From contig CP181291.1 of NCBI GenBank assembly GCA_052279835.1, positions 1,760,001 through 1,824,000 on the forward strand: a stretch of DNA of 64,000 nucleotides, written 5' to 3'. The notes below the pieces were generated by a model that saw only the letters and a program-made list of their open reading frames with translations, did no database searches and was not told the origin of the DNA. This document shows, one piece after another, positions 47,101 to 58,300 of the stretch (within the stretch, counting starts at the first letter, position 1; every line of letters begins with the position of its first letter). A program made the position numbers and the translations under genes. This DNA is from Microcoleus sp. GTDB lineage: Bacteria; Cyanobacteriota; Cyanobacteriia; Cyanobacteriales; Microcoleaceae.

Positions 47101-49724
47101 TGCAAGCTATGATGAATCTTTGCGAGCGCTTTGGTTATTCAGAATTAGCGGCCTATGCTTGTGAACTCTATGGCTTGTATTTGTGGTCGGTCAAACAAGA
47201 CGTGGTAGCAGCTAATGCGGCTGGTAAATTAGGTTTAAGTATCTTAGAACAATATAATGCTAGAGAAATTGTCTCCAAAGTTAATTTGGTATTTGGAGTG
47301 TTTGTCGCTCCGTGTCACGAGCATATCGGAGTGTCATTATTGGCATTAAAAGCGGGGATTTTGGCTGGAATCGAAGTCGGTGATATTGAACATAGTAGTT
47401 ACTGTATTCTGGCCTACTTAAACTACTTGTTTTTGAGTGGAGAACATTTGGAAGTGTTAGTTAACCATCAAAATAGCTATTTTAATTTGGCATTAAAACT
47501 GAAGCAAGAACATTCCATCTACGATTGTAAAATCTGGTTGCAACTCAGTATGAATTTGCAAAAATCCGTGGAAAATCAGTTAGATTCGAGCGCAGATTTT
47601 TTTCATGAACAACAAATTTTATCTTATTTAGAAGCGAATCAAAGCCATCAGTCATTATTTTCTTTTCATGTGGCAAAGCTGATTTGGTTCTACATATTAG
47701 AAGATTATAACTGCGCCTGTGAGAGTGCGTCGAAAGCCGTTGCTAGCCAAGAAGCAGCCTTGGGTTTACCCATGCTGGCGGCCCATAATTTTTATTATTC
47801 ACTTTCTCTGCTGGGGCAGGATTTTTCGACCCCGATGGAGCCGCAATCTACGATGGGGAATTTTGGGCGATCGCCCAATTTGACACAGGTGGCAGAAAAT
47901 CAGCAAAAAATGCAGGCATGGGCTCAATATTCTCCAGCAAACTTTCTCCACAAGTTTGATTTAGTTGCAGCGGAACAACATCGAATCTTGGGTAATAAAG
48001 CCGAGGCGATCGAATTGTACGATCGCGCTATTTGCCTCGCCAAAGAAAACCAATATCTCAATGAAGAAGCCCTAGCCAACGAACTCGCGGCCAAATTCTA
48101 CCTAAATTGGGGCAAAGAAAAACTCGCCGCCGGATATATGCAAGAAGCCTACTACTGCTACGCCCGTTGGGGAGCCCAAACCAAAACCGACGACTTGGAA
48201 AAACGCTATCCCCAACTGCTACAACCAATCCTGCACCAACGACAACTCAACTTCCATCCCCTAGAAACGCTCGCCACCGTTAGCCGGACCTTAATTTCCA
48301 CCACTCACAGCAGCAGTACCATATCCGATGCACTAGACTTTACCTCCGTACTCAAAGCAGCGCGAGCCATCTCTAGTTCGATCGAAATAGAAGAATTGAT
48401 GGGAAATCTCACCCGCATTCTGCTGGAAAACTCAGGGGCGAAAAAATCAGCACTGATACTCCCCCAAGATCGGACATGGCAAGTCCGAGCAATTACCTCC
48501 ATTACTCGTCAGACAAATGCTCCAGAACAAATCGAAACTCTGCTTGATTCACAACCTCTAGATACTTGTAAAAATCTCCCCATAACTATTATCAATTACG
48601 TCAAAAATACCCAAAAAACTGTTTTGATGGATCGCCTGCAAACAGAAATCCCTGGACTAATTGGGGAATATATGTTGACACATCAACCCCAGAGTGTATT
48701 ATGTACTCCCATTCTCAATCAAGGTCATCTAGCGGGAATTCTTTACCTAGAAAATCAACTGACTAGCGGGGTGTTTACGAGCGATCGCCTACAGATTATC
48801 AATGTCCTTGCCTCCCAAGCAGCCATCTCCATTGAAAATGCCAGACTCTACCAACAATCCCAACAAGCCCTGGTTGATTTACAACAAGCACAATTACAAA
48901 TTGTGCAGAGCGAAAAAATGTCAGCACTGGGTAACTTAGTCGCCGGAGTCGCTCATGAAATGAATAACCCTCTGGGTTTTATTTCCGCCAGCCTCCAACA
49001 AGCCAAACCCACCGTTGCCGAGCTGATCGAACACGTAAGATTGTATCAAGAAACTGTCCCCAATCCCGGTGCATCCCTTCTCAATCATGCCGATGAAATC
49101 GACCTGGAATATAGTTTAGAAGATTTGCCTAAAGTCATTAATTCAATGGCTATGGCTTGCGATCGCCTGAAAAATATCAGTACCAGCTTACGAACTTTCT
49201 CCCGCGCCGATCGAGAGTACAAAGTATCATTTAATATTCATCAAGGAATTGACAGCACGATTTTGATTCTCAAACACCGACTCAAACCCAACGAAAAACG
49301 TCCGGCGATAGCCGTAGTCACTGAGTACGGAAAACTACCTGAAGTTAAGTGTTATCCCGGACAACTAAATCAGGTATTTATGAATATTCTGGCAAATGCG
49401 ATCGATGCCTTAGATGAATCAAATACGGGACGGGCTTTTGCGGAAATAGAAGCACAACCTAACCAAATTACCATTAAAACTTCTGTGGTAGAGCGCCACG
49501 TACAAGTTACAATTGCTGATAATGGGAGGGGGATGAGCGAGGAAGTGCAACAGAAAATATTCGACCACTTATTTACGACGAAGGGAGTTGGAAAAGGGAC
49601 TGGTTTAGGATTGGCGATCGCCCGCCAAATTATTGTCGAAAAACATGGCGGCATCATTAAAACCCAGTCTGTCCTCGGAAAAGGCACTGAATTTATCATC
49701 AAAATACCCATCGATTGCCAATAG
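44199..49724 (+). CDS. Ser/Thr kinase - AAA ATPase - GAF - histidine kinase (HstK-type multi-sensor kinase)
   Basis: HKDIKPAN and DFS kinase motifs; GCSGIGKT and FLDDLQW; GAF segment LYLEN; H-box AHEMNNP; GKGTGLGL. Confidence 0.93.
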   Translation: MDVTNVLGYQITEQLYTGTRTLVYRAIRTSDRHPVVIKILRNEYPNFNEILGFRNQYTIAKNLNLPSIIKPLSLEPYNNSYTLVMEDFGGVSLSTYLKAATDRNQPHKYLSLTEFLNLALQLADILHYLYQKRVIHKDIKPANILINPHTTKVKLIDFSIASLLPRETQEILNPNVLEGTLAYISPEQTGRMNRGIDYRSDFYSLGVTFYELLTGTLPFVSDDPMELVHCHLAKQSMAIHEVNPEIPLVLSEIVSKLMAKNAEDRYQSALGLKQDLENCQLQLQQTGTIEFFPIGKQDVTDRFIIPEKLYGRELEVQTILAAFERIASGTNPQLPLIRQSSQAQVINGGGESSHLSGSELILVAGCSGIGKTAVVNEVHKPIVRQRGYFIKGKYDQFQRNIPLSAFVQAFRDLMGQILSETDVQLQGWKHKILAALGDNAQLIIEVIPELEKIIGKQPPVVELIGTAAQNRFNLLFQKFIKLLSTKEHPLVIFLDDLQWTDSASMNLLKLLMTETDTRHLLLIGAYRDREIFPAHPLMLTLEEIRKAKATVNTITLAPLNHSDINHLIADTLHCSVAIAQPLTDLVYQKTLGNPFFTTQFVKVLHGDGLITFTPLTNTNGGQRGGWECKIAQIKELALTDDIVEFMAGQLQKLPPETQSILKLAAAIGNQFDLGTLAIVAEKSPTDAAADLWAALQEGLVIPNSEIYKFYQAKSAASENFNNSAELTITYKFLHDRVQQAAYSLIPDRQKQETHLKIGQLLFANTSAQQQEQRIFEIVNQLNMGAELITAEVERDRLAQLNLMAGRKAKVATAYAAAIAYLRAGLTLLAVDSWQTQNELTLVLHEESAEVEYLNTNFDEARNFAQIILQNTASLLEQLKSSELVVQIYIAEGKLLTAIENGVELLSKLGVILLSQTEAQSMNFQLPAVTELAQVPQMTDPYQLAAFRILIAITPPVHRTQPELFPGIVQAMMNLCERFGYSELAAYACELYGLYLWSVKQDVVAANAAGKLGLSILEQYNAREIVSKVNLVFGVFVAPCHEHIGVSLLALKAGILAGIEVGDIEHSSYCILAYLNYLFLSGEHLEVLVNHQNSYFNLALKLKQEHSIYDCKIWLQLSMNLQKSVENQLDSSADFFHEQQILSYLEANQSHQSLFSFHVAKLIWFYILEDYNCACESASKAVASQEAALGLPMLAAHNFYYSLSLLGQDFSTPMEPQSTMGNFGRSPNLTQVAENQQKMQAWAQYSPANFLHKFDLVAAEQHRILGNKAEAIELYDRAICLAKENQYLNEEALANELAAKFYLNWGKEKLAAGYMQEAYYCYARWGAQTKTDDLEKRYPQLLQPILHQRQLNFHPLETLATVSRTLISTTHSSSTISDALDFTSVLKAARAISSSIEIEELMGNLTRILLENSGAKKSALILPQDRTWQVRAITSITRQTNAPEQIETLLDSQPLDTCKNLPITIINYVKNTQKTVLMDRLQTEIPGLIGEYMLTHQPQSVLCTPILNQGHLAGILYLENQLTSGVFTSDRLQIINVLASQAAISIENARLYQQSQQALVDLQQAQLQIVQSEKMSALGNLVAGVAHEMNNPLGFISASLQQAKPTVAELIEHVRLYQETVPNPGASLLNHADEIDLEYSLEDLPKVINSMAMACDRLKNISTSLRTFSRADREYKVSFNIHQGIDSTILILKHRLKPNEKRPAIAVVTEYGKLPEVKCYPGQLNQVFMNILANAIDALDESNTGRAFAEIEAQPNQITIKTSVVERHVQVTIADNGRGMSEEVQQKIFDHLFTTKGVGKGTGLGLAIARQIIVEKHGGIIKTQSVLGKGTEFIIKIPIDCQ

Positions 49725-49799
49725 TTAATAAGCGCCAATAACTGAATTAAATTTTGATAAAATTTTCAATTTCAAATCCAGAAAAATTAGAAAAAACCC

Positions 49800-52700
49800 A
49801 TGAAAAACGATTGTAATAACCAGCTATCTTTGAATGGCTACCAAGCAACAGAAACCCTTTACCAAGGTACTAAAACCGAAGTTTACCGCGCTCGGAGATT
49901 AGCAGATAGACAAGCAGTAGTCATTAAAATATTACGACAAGAATATCCCACTTTTGGGGAAATGTTAAATTTTCGCAACCAATATATCATCGCCAAAAAC
50001 CTCCAAAATCCGGGCATCGTCAGTCCCTTATCTTTAGAAACCTATCGCCACAGTTATGCCTTAGTCATGGAAGATTTTGGGGGAATTTCTCTCCGAGAAT
50101 ATACCAAAACCCATGCCTTGAAATTAACAGAGTTTTTGGAAATAGCCCTGCAACTGAGCGACATCCTCCACTATTTGTATCAACACCGCATCATCCACAA
50201 GGATATTAAACCAGCCAACATTCTGATCGAGCCGAAAACCCAACAAGTAAAACTCATCGACTTCAGTATTTCCTCCCTGCTACCCAAAGAAACCCCGGAA
50301 ATCAAAAATCCCAGCGGATTAGAAGGCACCTTGGCTTATATTTCTCCCGAACAAACAGGACGGATGAACCGAGGCATAGACTACCGCAGCGATCTGTATT
50401 CTTTGGGAATAACCTTGTTTGAATTACTGACGGGAAACTTACCATTTATTTCCGAAGATCCGATGGAGTTGGTGCATTGTCATATTGCTAAACAGCCACC
50501 GATGGCCAGGGGCAATGGGTTATCAAACATCGGTGAGGAAATTCCTCAAGTTTTGGCTGAAATCGTGATGAAACTAATGGCAAAAAATGCCGAAGAGCGG
50601 TATCAGACTGCTCTGGGATTAAAACACGATCTAGAACACTGTCTCCACCAATGGCAAGAAACCGGGAAAATAGAGGGTTTTGAAATTGGCAAACGGGATA
50701 TTTGCGATCGCTTCACGATCCCCGAAAAACTCTACGGGCGGGAATCAGAAGTTCGGCAACTTCTAGAAGCTTTTGACAGGGTGGCTAACCCCTCCCAACC
50801 CCCCCAAGGCAAGGGGGAGCCAAGAGGGAGCGAAATGATGCTAGTTGCAGGTTTTTCCGGCCTCGGCAAAACAGCGGTAGTCAACGAAGTCCATAAGCCC
50901 ATTGTGCGACAGCGCGGCTACTTCATCAAAGGCAAGTTTGACCAGTTTAATCGCAATATTCCCTTCAGTGCTTTTGTCCAAGCCTTCCGAGATTTGATGG
51001 GACAATTACTATCAGAATCGGATGCTCAACTGCAACGGTGGAAAGCCAAGATTATAGAAGTAGTTGGAGAAAACGGACAAGTCTTGATTGAGGTGATTCC
51101 CGAATTAGAAAATATCATCGGTGCTCAACCTCTAGCACCAGAACTCTCCGGCAGTGCCGCCCAAAATCGCTTCCATCTGCTGATGCAGAACTTTGTGCAA
51201 ATATTTACTAGCATTGAACATCCTTTAGTGATATTTTTGGATGACTTGCAATGGGCAGATTTGGCATCGCTGAAGTTATTGCAATTGTTGATGCAGGATA
51301 CAGGGCATTTATTAGTGTTGGGAGCCTATCGAGATAATGAAGTATTCCCAGCCCACCCTTTCCTGTTGACAGTAGATGAACTTGTCAAAACCGGGGCAAT
51401 AGTTAATAGAATTACGCTGCAACCTTTGAGTTGGGAAGATACCAATCAATTGGTGGCAGATACATTGAAATGCGGCGCACAGTTGGCTCTACCTTTGACT
51501 GAATTATTGTATCAAAAAACCCAAGGTAATCCTTTCTTTGCAACTCAGTTTCTCAAGGCGTTATATGAAGATAAGTTGATTACTTTTAACCCCCCTCAAT
51601 CTCCCCTAAGTAAGGGGGGAAGGCAAGGGGGGTGGCAGTGTGACATTGCTCAAGTTAAAGCTTTGGCTCTTACTGATGATGTGGTGGAGTTTATGGCGCT
51701 GCAATTGCAGAAGTTGCCGCCACAGACTCAAGAGGTTTTGAAACTGGCTGCTTGCATGGGGGGAAAGTTTGACCTGAATGCTTTGGCGATAGTCAGTCAG
51801 AAATTGCCGGATGCTACCGCCACTTTGTTATGGAAAGCGTTGCAGTCTGGGTTGATTATTCCGGTTACTGAGGTCTATAAGTTTTTTACTGAATCTGAGG
51901 GTGCTGCGATCGCCCAAACGGGTGCTAATGCTACCTATAAGTTTCTGCACGATCGCGTCCAACAGGCTGCTTACTCCTTGATTCCCGCAGACCAAAAACA
52001 GGCCACTCATCTCCAGATCGGGCACTTGTTGCAACAAAATTATTCAGAGACAGAAAGAGAAGAAAAACTGTTTGAGATTGTCGGACATTTGAATTTAGGA
52101 CAAAATTTGATTGGTTCACTGCTCGATCGCGAAGCCTTAGCTCAACTCAACCTAAAAGCTGGACAGAAAGCCAAAAATTCTACGGCATACTCTGCCGCAG
52201 TAATCTATTTGCAAACCGGGATAGAGCTACTACAGATCCACTGCTGGCAAAATCAGTATGAATTGACGTTGAATCTCTATGTCGCTGCTACCGAAGCCGC
52301 TTATTTGAATGGCGAATTTGAGGACATGGAACAGAGTGCAACCCTGGTATTGCAACAAGCTCGAACAATTTTAGACAAATTTAAAATTTACGAAATTCAA
52401 ATCGCTGCCCTTACCGCTCAGAGCCAAATTTTAGAAGCGATCGCCGTTGGTAGAAATGCCTTGGCGCAATTGGGAGTGGAATTACCCAACGCCCCTGACG
52501 AAGCCAAGACTGGCCAAGCGCTACAAACCGTTGGCAGTCAACTCAGTGACAAACAGATTGAGGAACTAGCTAACCTGCCAGTGATGAGCGATGCCCACAC
52601 GATCGCGGCTATGCAACTGATGGGAATGTTGTTTGCACCTATTCTGATGGGGATGCCGGGGCTACTGCCTCTGCTTTGCTCCACGATGGTGAGTTTGTCT

Positions 52701-55280
52701 CTCCAATTTGGGAACGCACCGGTATCGACAATGGGATATGCGGGTTATGGCATGGTACTATCTGCCTTTTTGGGGCAGGCGGAAACGGGCTATCGCTTTG
52801 GGCTGTTGGCGCTGAGCTTGCTAGAGCAGTTTAACCTCCAAGAATTCAAGTCGGCAGTTTTATCTATTTTTGGGAGCTTTCTTCATCATCAGCAAGCAGC
52901 TCTCTCGGCAACGAGATTGATGGTGAAAGATGGCTATAGGGCTGGGATGGAAACTGGCCAGTTTCTATACGCTGGCTACAACATACTTAATTACTTCCAT
53001 AACTGTTTTTTTACGGGAGTAAACCTGGACGCTTGGACTCATGAAGTAGCAGATTATAGCGCTGCTTTAGCCCAGGCAAAACAGTATTCGGCTCAGGCTT
53101 ATTTGGATATGACGGAGCAGACGGGACAGAATTTTAGGGAAACCTCGATGCAACCGGAGTGCTTAATCGGAATTGCTTACGATGAAAGGGTGATGATTCC
53201 CAAGCACCATCAGGCTCATGAAGCCACGGCGATCGCGGAAGTTTACATCTTCAAGCTCCTACTTGCCTATTCCTACGGTAATTATGGGGCAGCCCTAGAC
53301 TATGTTGCCCAAGTCCAGCCTTGTTTTATGGCAGTATCGGGAATGTTTTTTGTTCCCATTTTCCATTTCTATGCGCCCTTGACAGAGCTAGCGCTGTTTC
53401 CTGCACAGTCAAAAGCCGAGCAAGCCGAAGTTTTGATTCGGGTAGAAGCCCATCAAACTACCCTGAACCAGTGGGCGAGAAATGCTCCGATCAATTATTT
53501 GCATAAGTGGCATTTAGTGGAGGCGGAAAGGAGTCGAGTTTTGGGCAAGACAACAGAGGCGATCGAACAGTTCGATCGCGCGATCGCCCTCGCCCAAGAA
53601 AATCAGTTTCTCCCTGAAGAAGCACTAGCCAACGAACTCGCCGCCAAATTCTACCTAGACTGGGGCAAAACAAAAGTTGCCCAAACCTATATGCAGGAAG
53701 CCTACTACTGCTACGCCCGCTGGGGTGCAAAAGCCAAAGTAGAGGATTTGGAAAAACGCTATCCCCAACTGCTGCAACCGATTTTGCAACAGCGGCGACT
53801 CAGCCTCAATCCCAGAGAAACCATTGCCTCTATTGCCATAAGTTCTACTTCTACTCATGCTTCTAGTAGTAGCAGCATTTCCGATGCCCTAGATTTCGCT
53901 TCTGTCCTCAAAGCAGCTCAAGCCATTTCTAGTAGCATTCAACTCGATGAATTGATGGCTAGTCTCACCCGCATTCTCTTAGAAAACTCCGGGGCGAAAA
54001 AGACAGCTCTGATTCTGCTTCAAGATGAGATTTGGCAAGTGAGAGCATTTGCTTATGTCAGTCATCATAGCAACGGTGAAGCTGAAATCAAAACTGTTCT
54101 CGATTCCCAATCCCTAGACACTTGTCCAGATGTTCCTAGGAAAATCATTCAATATGTCAAGAATACTCATACAACCGTCATCATCGATCGCCTAAAAACC
54201 GAAATTCCTGGACTAATTGGGGAATATATGTTAAAACATCAACCCCAGAGTGTATTATGTACTCCCATTATTAATCAAGGTCATCTGGCGGGGATTCTTT
54301 ACCTAGAAAATCAACTGACGAGGGGGGTATTTACGAGCGATCGCCTACAGGTTATCAATGTCCTTGCCTCCCAAGCAGCCATCTCCATTGAAAATGCCAG
54401 ACTCTACCAACAATCCCAACAAGCCCTGGTGGATTTACAACAAGCACAATTACAAATTGTGCAGAGCGAAAAAATGTCAGCATTAGGCAATATGGTAGCT
54501 GGGGTTGCGCACGAAATCAACAACCCCCTTGGCTTTATTGCTGGCAATATTAAAGAGGCGCTGGCGGCTGTAGTTGACCTGACAGAGTACATACATTTAT
54601 ATCAAGAAAAATGTCCATATTCCAGCGAAGAAGTCACAGAAAAAGCTTCAGAAATTGACTTGGAATATATGTTAAAAGATTTGCCAAATATGCTCAATTC
54701 GATGAAAATAGGATGCGACCGCATCAAAGGCATCAGCGTTAGTTTGCGAACTTTTTCCCGCGCCGACAAAGATTATAAAGTTCCTTTCAATATTCATGAA
54801 GGAATTGACAGCACTATTCTGATTCTCAAACACCGACTCAAAGCCAACGAAAAACGTCCGGCGATCGCCGTGGTTAAAAACTACGGGGATTTACCTCAAA
54901 TCCAGTGTTTTCCAGGACAACTCAATCAGGTGTTTATGAATATACTGGCAAATGCGATCGATGCGATCGATGAATCAAATACGGGGCGGAAATTTGAAGA
55001 AATTGAAGCAAATCCCAACCGCATCACTATTACAACCTCTGTGAGAGATAACCAGGTGCAGATTACCATCGCTGATAATGGCCGGGGGATGAGCGAGGAA
55101 GTGCAACAGAAAATATTCGACCACTTATTTACGACGAAGGGAGTCGGAAAAGGCACGGGTTTAGGATTGGCGATCGCCCGCCAAATTATTGTCGAAAAAC
55201 ATGGTGGCAGCATTGAAACCCAGTCTATCCTGGAAAAAGGAACTGAATTTATCATCAAAATACCCATGGAATGCCAATAG
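49800..55280 (+). CDS. Ser/Thr kinase - AAA ATPase - GAF - histidine kinase
   Basis: Same architecture; GFSGLGKT and AHEINNP. Confidence 0.93.
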   Translation: MKNDCNNQLSLNGYQATETLYQGTKTEVYRARRLADRQAVVIKILRQEYPTFGEMLNFRNQYIIAKNLQNPGIVSPLSLETYRHSYALVMEDFGGISLREYTKTHALKLTEFLEIALQLSDILHYLYQHRIIHKDIKPANILIEPKTQQVKLIDFSISSLLPKETPEIKNPSGLEGTLAYISPEQTGRMNRGIDYRSDLYSLGITLFELLTGNLPFISEDPMELVHCHIAKQPPMARGNGLSNIGEEIPQVLAEIVMKLMAKNAEERYQTALGLKHDLEHCLHQWQETGKIEGFEIGKRDICDRFTIPEKLYGRESEVRQLLEAFDRVANPSQPPQGKGEPRGSEMMLVAGFSGLGKTAVVNEVHKPIVRQRGYFIKGKFDQFNRNIPFSAFVQAFRDLMGQLLSESDAQLQRWKAKIIEVVGENGQVLIEVIPELENIIGAQPLAPELSGSAAQNRFHLLMQNFVQIFTSIEHPLVIFLDDLQWADLASLKLLQLLMQDTGHLLVLGAYRDNEVFPAHPFLLTVDELVKTGAIVNRITLQPLSWEDTNQLVADTLKCGAQLALPLTELLYQKTQGNPFFATQFLKALYEDKLITFNPPQSPLSKGGRQGGWQCDIAQVKALALTDDVVEFMALQLQKLPPQTQEVLKLAACMGGKFDLNALAIVSQKLPDATATLLWKALQSGLIIPVTEVYKFFTESEGAAIAQTGANATYKFLHDRVQQAAYSLIPADQKQATHLQIGHLLQQNYSETEREEKLFEIVGHLNLGQNLIGSLLDREALAQLNLKAGQKAKNSTAYSAAVIYLQTGIELLQIHCWQNQYELTLNLYVAATEAAYLNGEFEDMEQSATLVLQQARTILDKFKIYEIQIAALTAQSQILEAIAVGRNALAQLGVELPNAPDEAKTGQALQTVGSQLSDKQIEELANLPVMSDAHTIAAMQLMGMLFAPILMGMPGLLPLLCSTMVSLSLQFGNAPVSTMGYAGYGMVLSAFLGQAETGYRFGLLALSLLEQFNLQEFKSAVLSIFGSFLHHQQAALSATRLMVKDGYRAGMETGQFLYAGYNILNYFHNCFFTGVNLDAWTHEVADYSAALAQAKQYSAQAYLDMTEQTGQNFRETSMQPECLIGIAYDERVMIPKHHQAHEATAIAEVYIFKLLLAYSYGNYGAALDYVAQVQPCFMAVSGMFFVPIFHFYAPLTELALFPAQSKAEQAEVLIRVEAHQTTLNQWARNAPINYLHKWHLVEAERSRVLGKTTEAIEQFDRAIALAQENQFLPEEALANELAAKFYLDWGKTKVAQTYMQEAYYCYARWGAKAKVEDLEKRYPQLLQPILQQRRLSLNPRETIASIAISSTSTHASSSSSISDALDFASVLKAAQAISSSIQLDELMASLTRILLENSGAKKTALILLQDEIWQVRAFAYVSHHSNGEAEIKTVLDSQSLDTCPDVPRKIIQYVKNTHTTVIIDRLKTEIPGLIGEYMLKHQPQSVLCTPIINQGHLAGILYLENQLTRGVFTSDRLQVINVLASQAAISIENARLYQQSQQALVDLQQAQLQIVQSEKMSALGNMVAGVAHEINNPLGFIAGNIKEALAAVVDLTEYIHLYQEKCPYSSEEVTEKASEIDLEYMLKDLPNMLNSMKIGCDRIKGISVSLRTFSRADKDYKVPFNIHEGIDSTILILKHRLKANEKRPAIAVVKNYGDLPQIQCFPGQLNQVFMNILANAIDAIDESNTGRKFEEIEANPNRITITTSVRDNQVQITIADNGRGMSEEVQQKIFDHLFTTKGVGKGTGLGLAIARQIIVEKHGGSIETQSILEKGTEFIIKIPMECQ

Positions 55281-55355
55281 TTAAGAAGCGCCAGTAACTG
55301 ATTCAAATTTTGATAAAATTTTCAATTTTTAATTAACAACATTTAGGGACAAGTC

Positions 55356-58300
55356 ATGAAAAACGATTTCAATAACCAGCTATCTTTGAAGGGATACCAA
55401 GTAACAGAAACCCTTTACCAAGGTACTAAGACCGAAGTCTGTCGCGCTCGGAGATTAGCAGATAAACAAGCAGTAGTAATTAAAATATTGCGAATAGAAT
55501 ATCCCACTTTTGGGGAAATGTTGAATTTTCGCAACCAATATATCATCGCCAAAAACCTCCAAAATCCAGGCATCGTCAGTCCCTTATGTTTAGAAACCTA
55601 TCGCCACAGTTATGCCTTAGTCATGGAAGATTTTGGGGGAATTTCTCTCCGAGAATATACCAAAACCCATACCTTAGAATTAACAGAGTTTTTGGAAATA
55701 GCCCTGCAACTTAGCGATATCCTCCACTATTTGTATCAAAACCGCATCATCCACAAGGATATTAAACCAGCCAACATTCTGATTCATCCAGAAACTAAAC
55801 AAGTTAAACTCATTGACTTTAGTATTTCTTCCCTGCTACCCAAAGAAACCCCGGAAATCAAAAATCCCAGCGGATTAGAAGGCACTTTGGCTTATATTTC
55901 TCCCGAACAAACAGGACGGATGAACCGAGGCATAGACTACCGCAGCGATTTTTATTCTTTGGGTGTGACGCTGTTTGAATTATTAACAGGAGAATTGCCC
56001 TTCCAGTCGGATGACCCCATGGAGTTGGTGCATTGTCACATTGCCAAAATACCGCCTTTAGTTATCGGTGAGGAAATTCCGCAAGTTTTGGGCGATCTGG
56101 TGATGAAACTGATGGCGAAAAATGCGGAAGACCGCTATCAGAGTGCTTTGGGATTAAAACACGATATCGAAAAATGTCTCAAGCAGTTGCAAGAAACTGG
56201 AAACATCGTTCAGTTTGAATTGGGAGAACGGGATATTTGCGATCGCTTCATAATTCCTGAAAAACTTTATGGACGGGAATCAGAAGTTCGGCAACTTTTA
56301 GAAGCTTTTGAAAGGGTCGCTAACCCCCCCCAACCCCCCCTGGGGCTAAGAGGGAGCGAAATGATGCTAGTTGCAGGTTTTTCGGGCATTGGCAAAACGG
56401 CGGTAGTGAACGAAGTCCATAAGCCGATCGTGCGGCAACGAGGCTATTTCATCAAAGGCAAATTTGACCAATTCAATCGCAATATTCCCTTGAGTGCTTT
56501 TGTCCAAGCCTTCCGCGATTTGATCGGGCAATTGCTGTCTGAATCTGACGCTCAACTACAACGGTGGAAAGCCAAGATTATAGAAGTATTGGGAGATAAT
56601 GCCCAAGCGATCGTAGAAGTGATTCCCGAACTGGAACGCATCATCGGAAAGCAACCCATCCCACCGGAACTTTCGGGAACTGCTGCACAGAATCGATTTA
56701 ATTTGTTGTTCCAGAAATTCATTCAAGTTTTCACGACCAAACAGCATCCCTTGGCAATCTTCTTGGATGACTTGCAGTGGGCAGATTTAACCTCGCTGAA
56801 GTTATTGCAATTGTTGATGCAGGATACAGGGCATTTATTAGTGTTGGGAGCCTATCGAGATAATGAAGTATTCCCAGCTCACCCTTTCCTATTGACAGTA
56901 CATGAACTTGTCAAAAATGGCTCAACAGTTAATACAATTACGCTGCCACCTTTGAGTTGGGCAGATACCAATCAATTGGTGGCAGATACATTGAAATGCG
57001 GTGCACAGTTGGCTCTACCTTTGACTGAATTATTGTATCAAAAAACCCAAGGTAATCCTTTTTTTGCAACTCAGTTTCTCAAGGCGTTACATGAAGATAA
57101 GCTGATTACTTTTCACCCCCCTCAATCCCTCCTGAGTAAGGGGGGAAGCCAAGGGGGATGGCAGTGTGACATTGCTCAAGTTAAAGCTTTGGCTCTGACT
57201 GATGATGTGGTGGAGTTTATGGCGCTGCAATTGGAGAAGTTGCCATCCTCAACTCAGGAAGTTCTCAAACTGGCTGCTTGCATTGGGGCGCAGTTTGAAC
57301 TCAATACCTTGGCGATAGTCAGTCAGAAGTTGCCGGAGGTTACTGCTGCTTTGTTATGGCAAGCGTTGCAGTCTGGGTTGATTATTCCGGTTACTGAAGT
57401 CTATAAGTTTTTTGCTGATTCCGAGGGTAGTGCGATCGCCCAACCGGGTGCTAATGCTACCTATAAGTTTCTGCACGATCGCGTCCAACAAGCTGCTTAC
57501 TCTTTGATTCCAGAGTCTCAACGGGCGATCGCTCATTACCAAATCGGGCAACTGCTGCTGCAACAAATTTCACCATCGGCCAGGGAAGAATCTATTTTTG
57601 AATTAGTCAATCAATTAAATTATGGCACTACCCTGATTGCCGAACCAACAGAACGGGATGAGCTTGCCCAACTCAACCTGAGTGCTGCTCGCAAAGCCAG
57701 ATCTGCCACCGCCTATCAAGCAGCTTGCGAATATGCCACAGTCGGACTGAAACTGCTGGGAACAGATGCTTGGCAACGGCAATATCAAATGACTTTAGCT
57801 CTGCACGAATTAGCCGCGGAAATTGCTTCCTTGCTTGGTGATTTTGAGCAAATGAACCAGTGGATTGCCACCACGCTCCACCATGCTAAAACGCCTTTAG
57901 AGCAGGTACAAGTTTATCAGGTCAAAATTCAGTCTCTCACTTCTGGCAATGAATTTTTAGAGGCGATCGCCACTGGTCAATCTGTCCTCAAAATTTTGGG
58001 GGTTAGTTTGCCAGATTGCCCCAAAACTGAGGAGACTCAGCTTTTAATGGAGGAGATTGCTGCGTTAATTGGCGATCGGGCGATCGAGAAATTGATTCAC
58101 CTTCCTGCAATGGTCGATGCCCAGCAACTAGCAGTGATGAAAATTCTAGCTAATATTCTGCCAGCCTGCGCCATGAGCCACTCGCCAGTGTTTCCTGTGG
58201 CGATCGGGCTACAAGTAAAGTTTTCTATCCAACATGGCAATAGTCCCGTTTCTGCTTTTGGGTATGCAAATTATGGGTTTTTGCTCAATACTTTGCTGCA

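Noticed and set aside
49370..55306. Duplicated antisense ORFs (49370-49738 and 54926-55306)
   Set aside because: Mirror frames of the duplicated HATPase domains.
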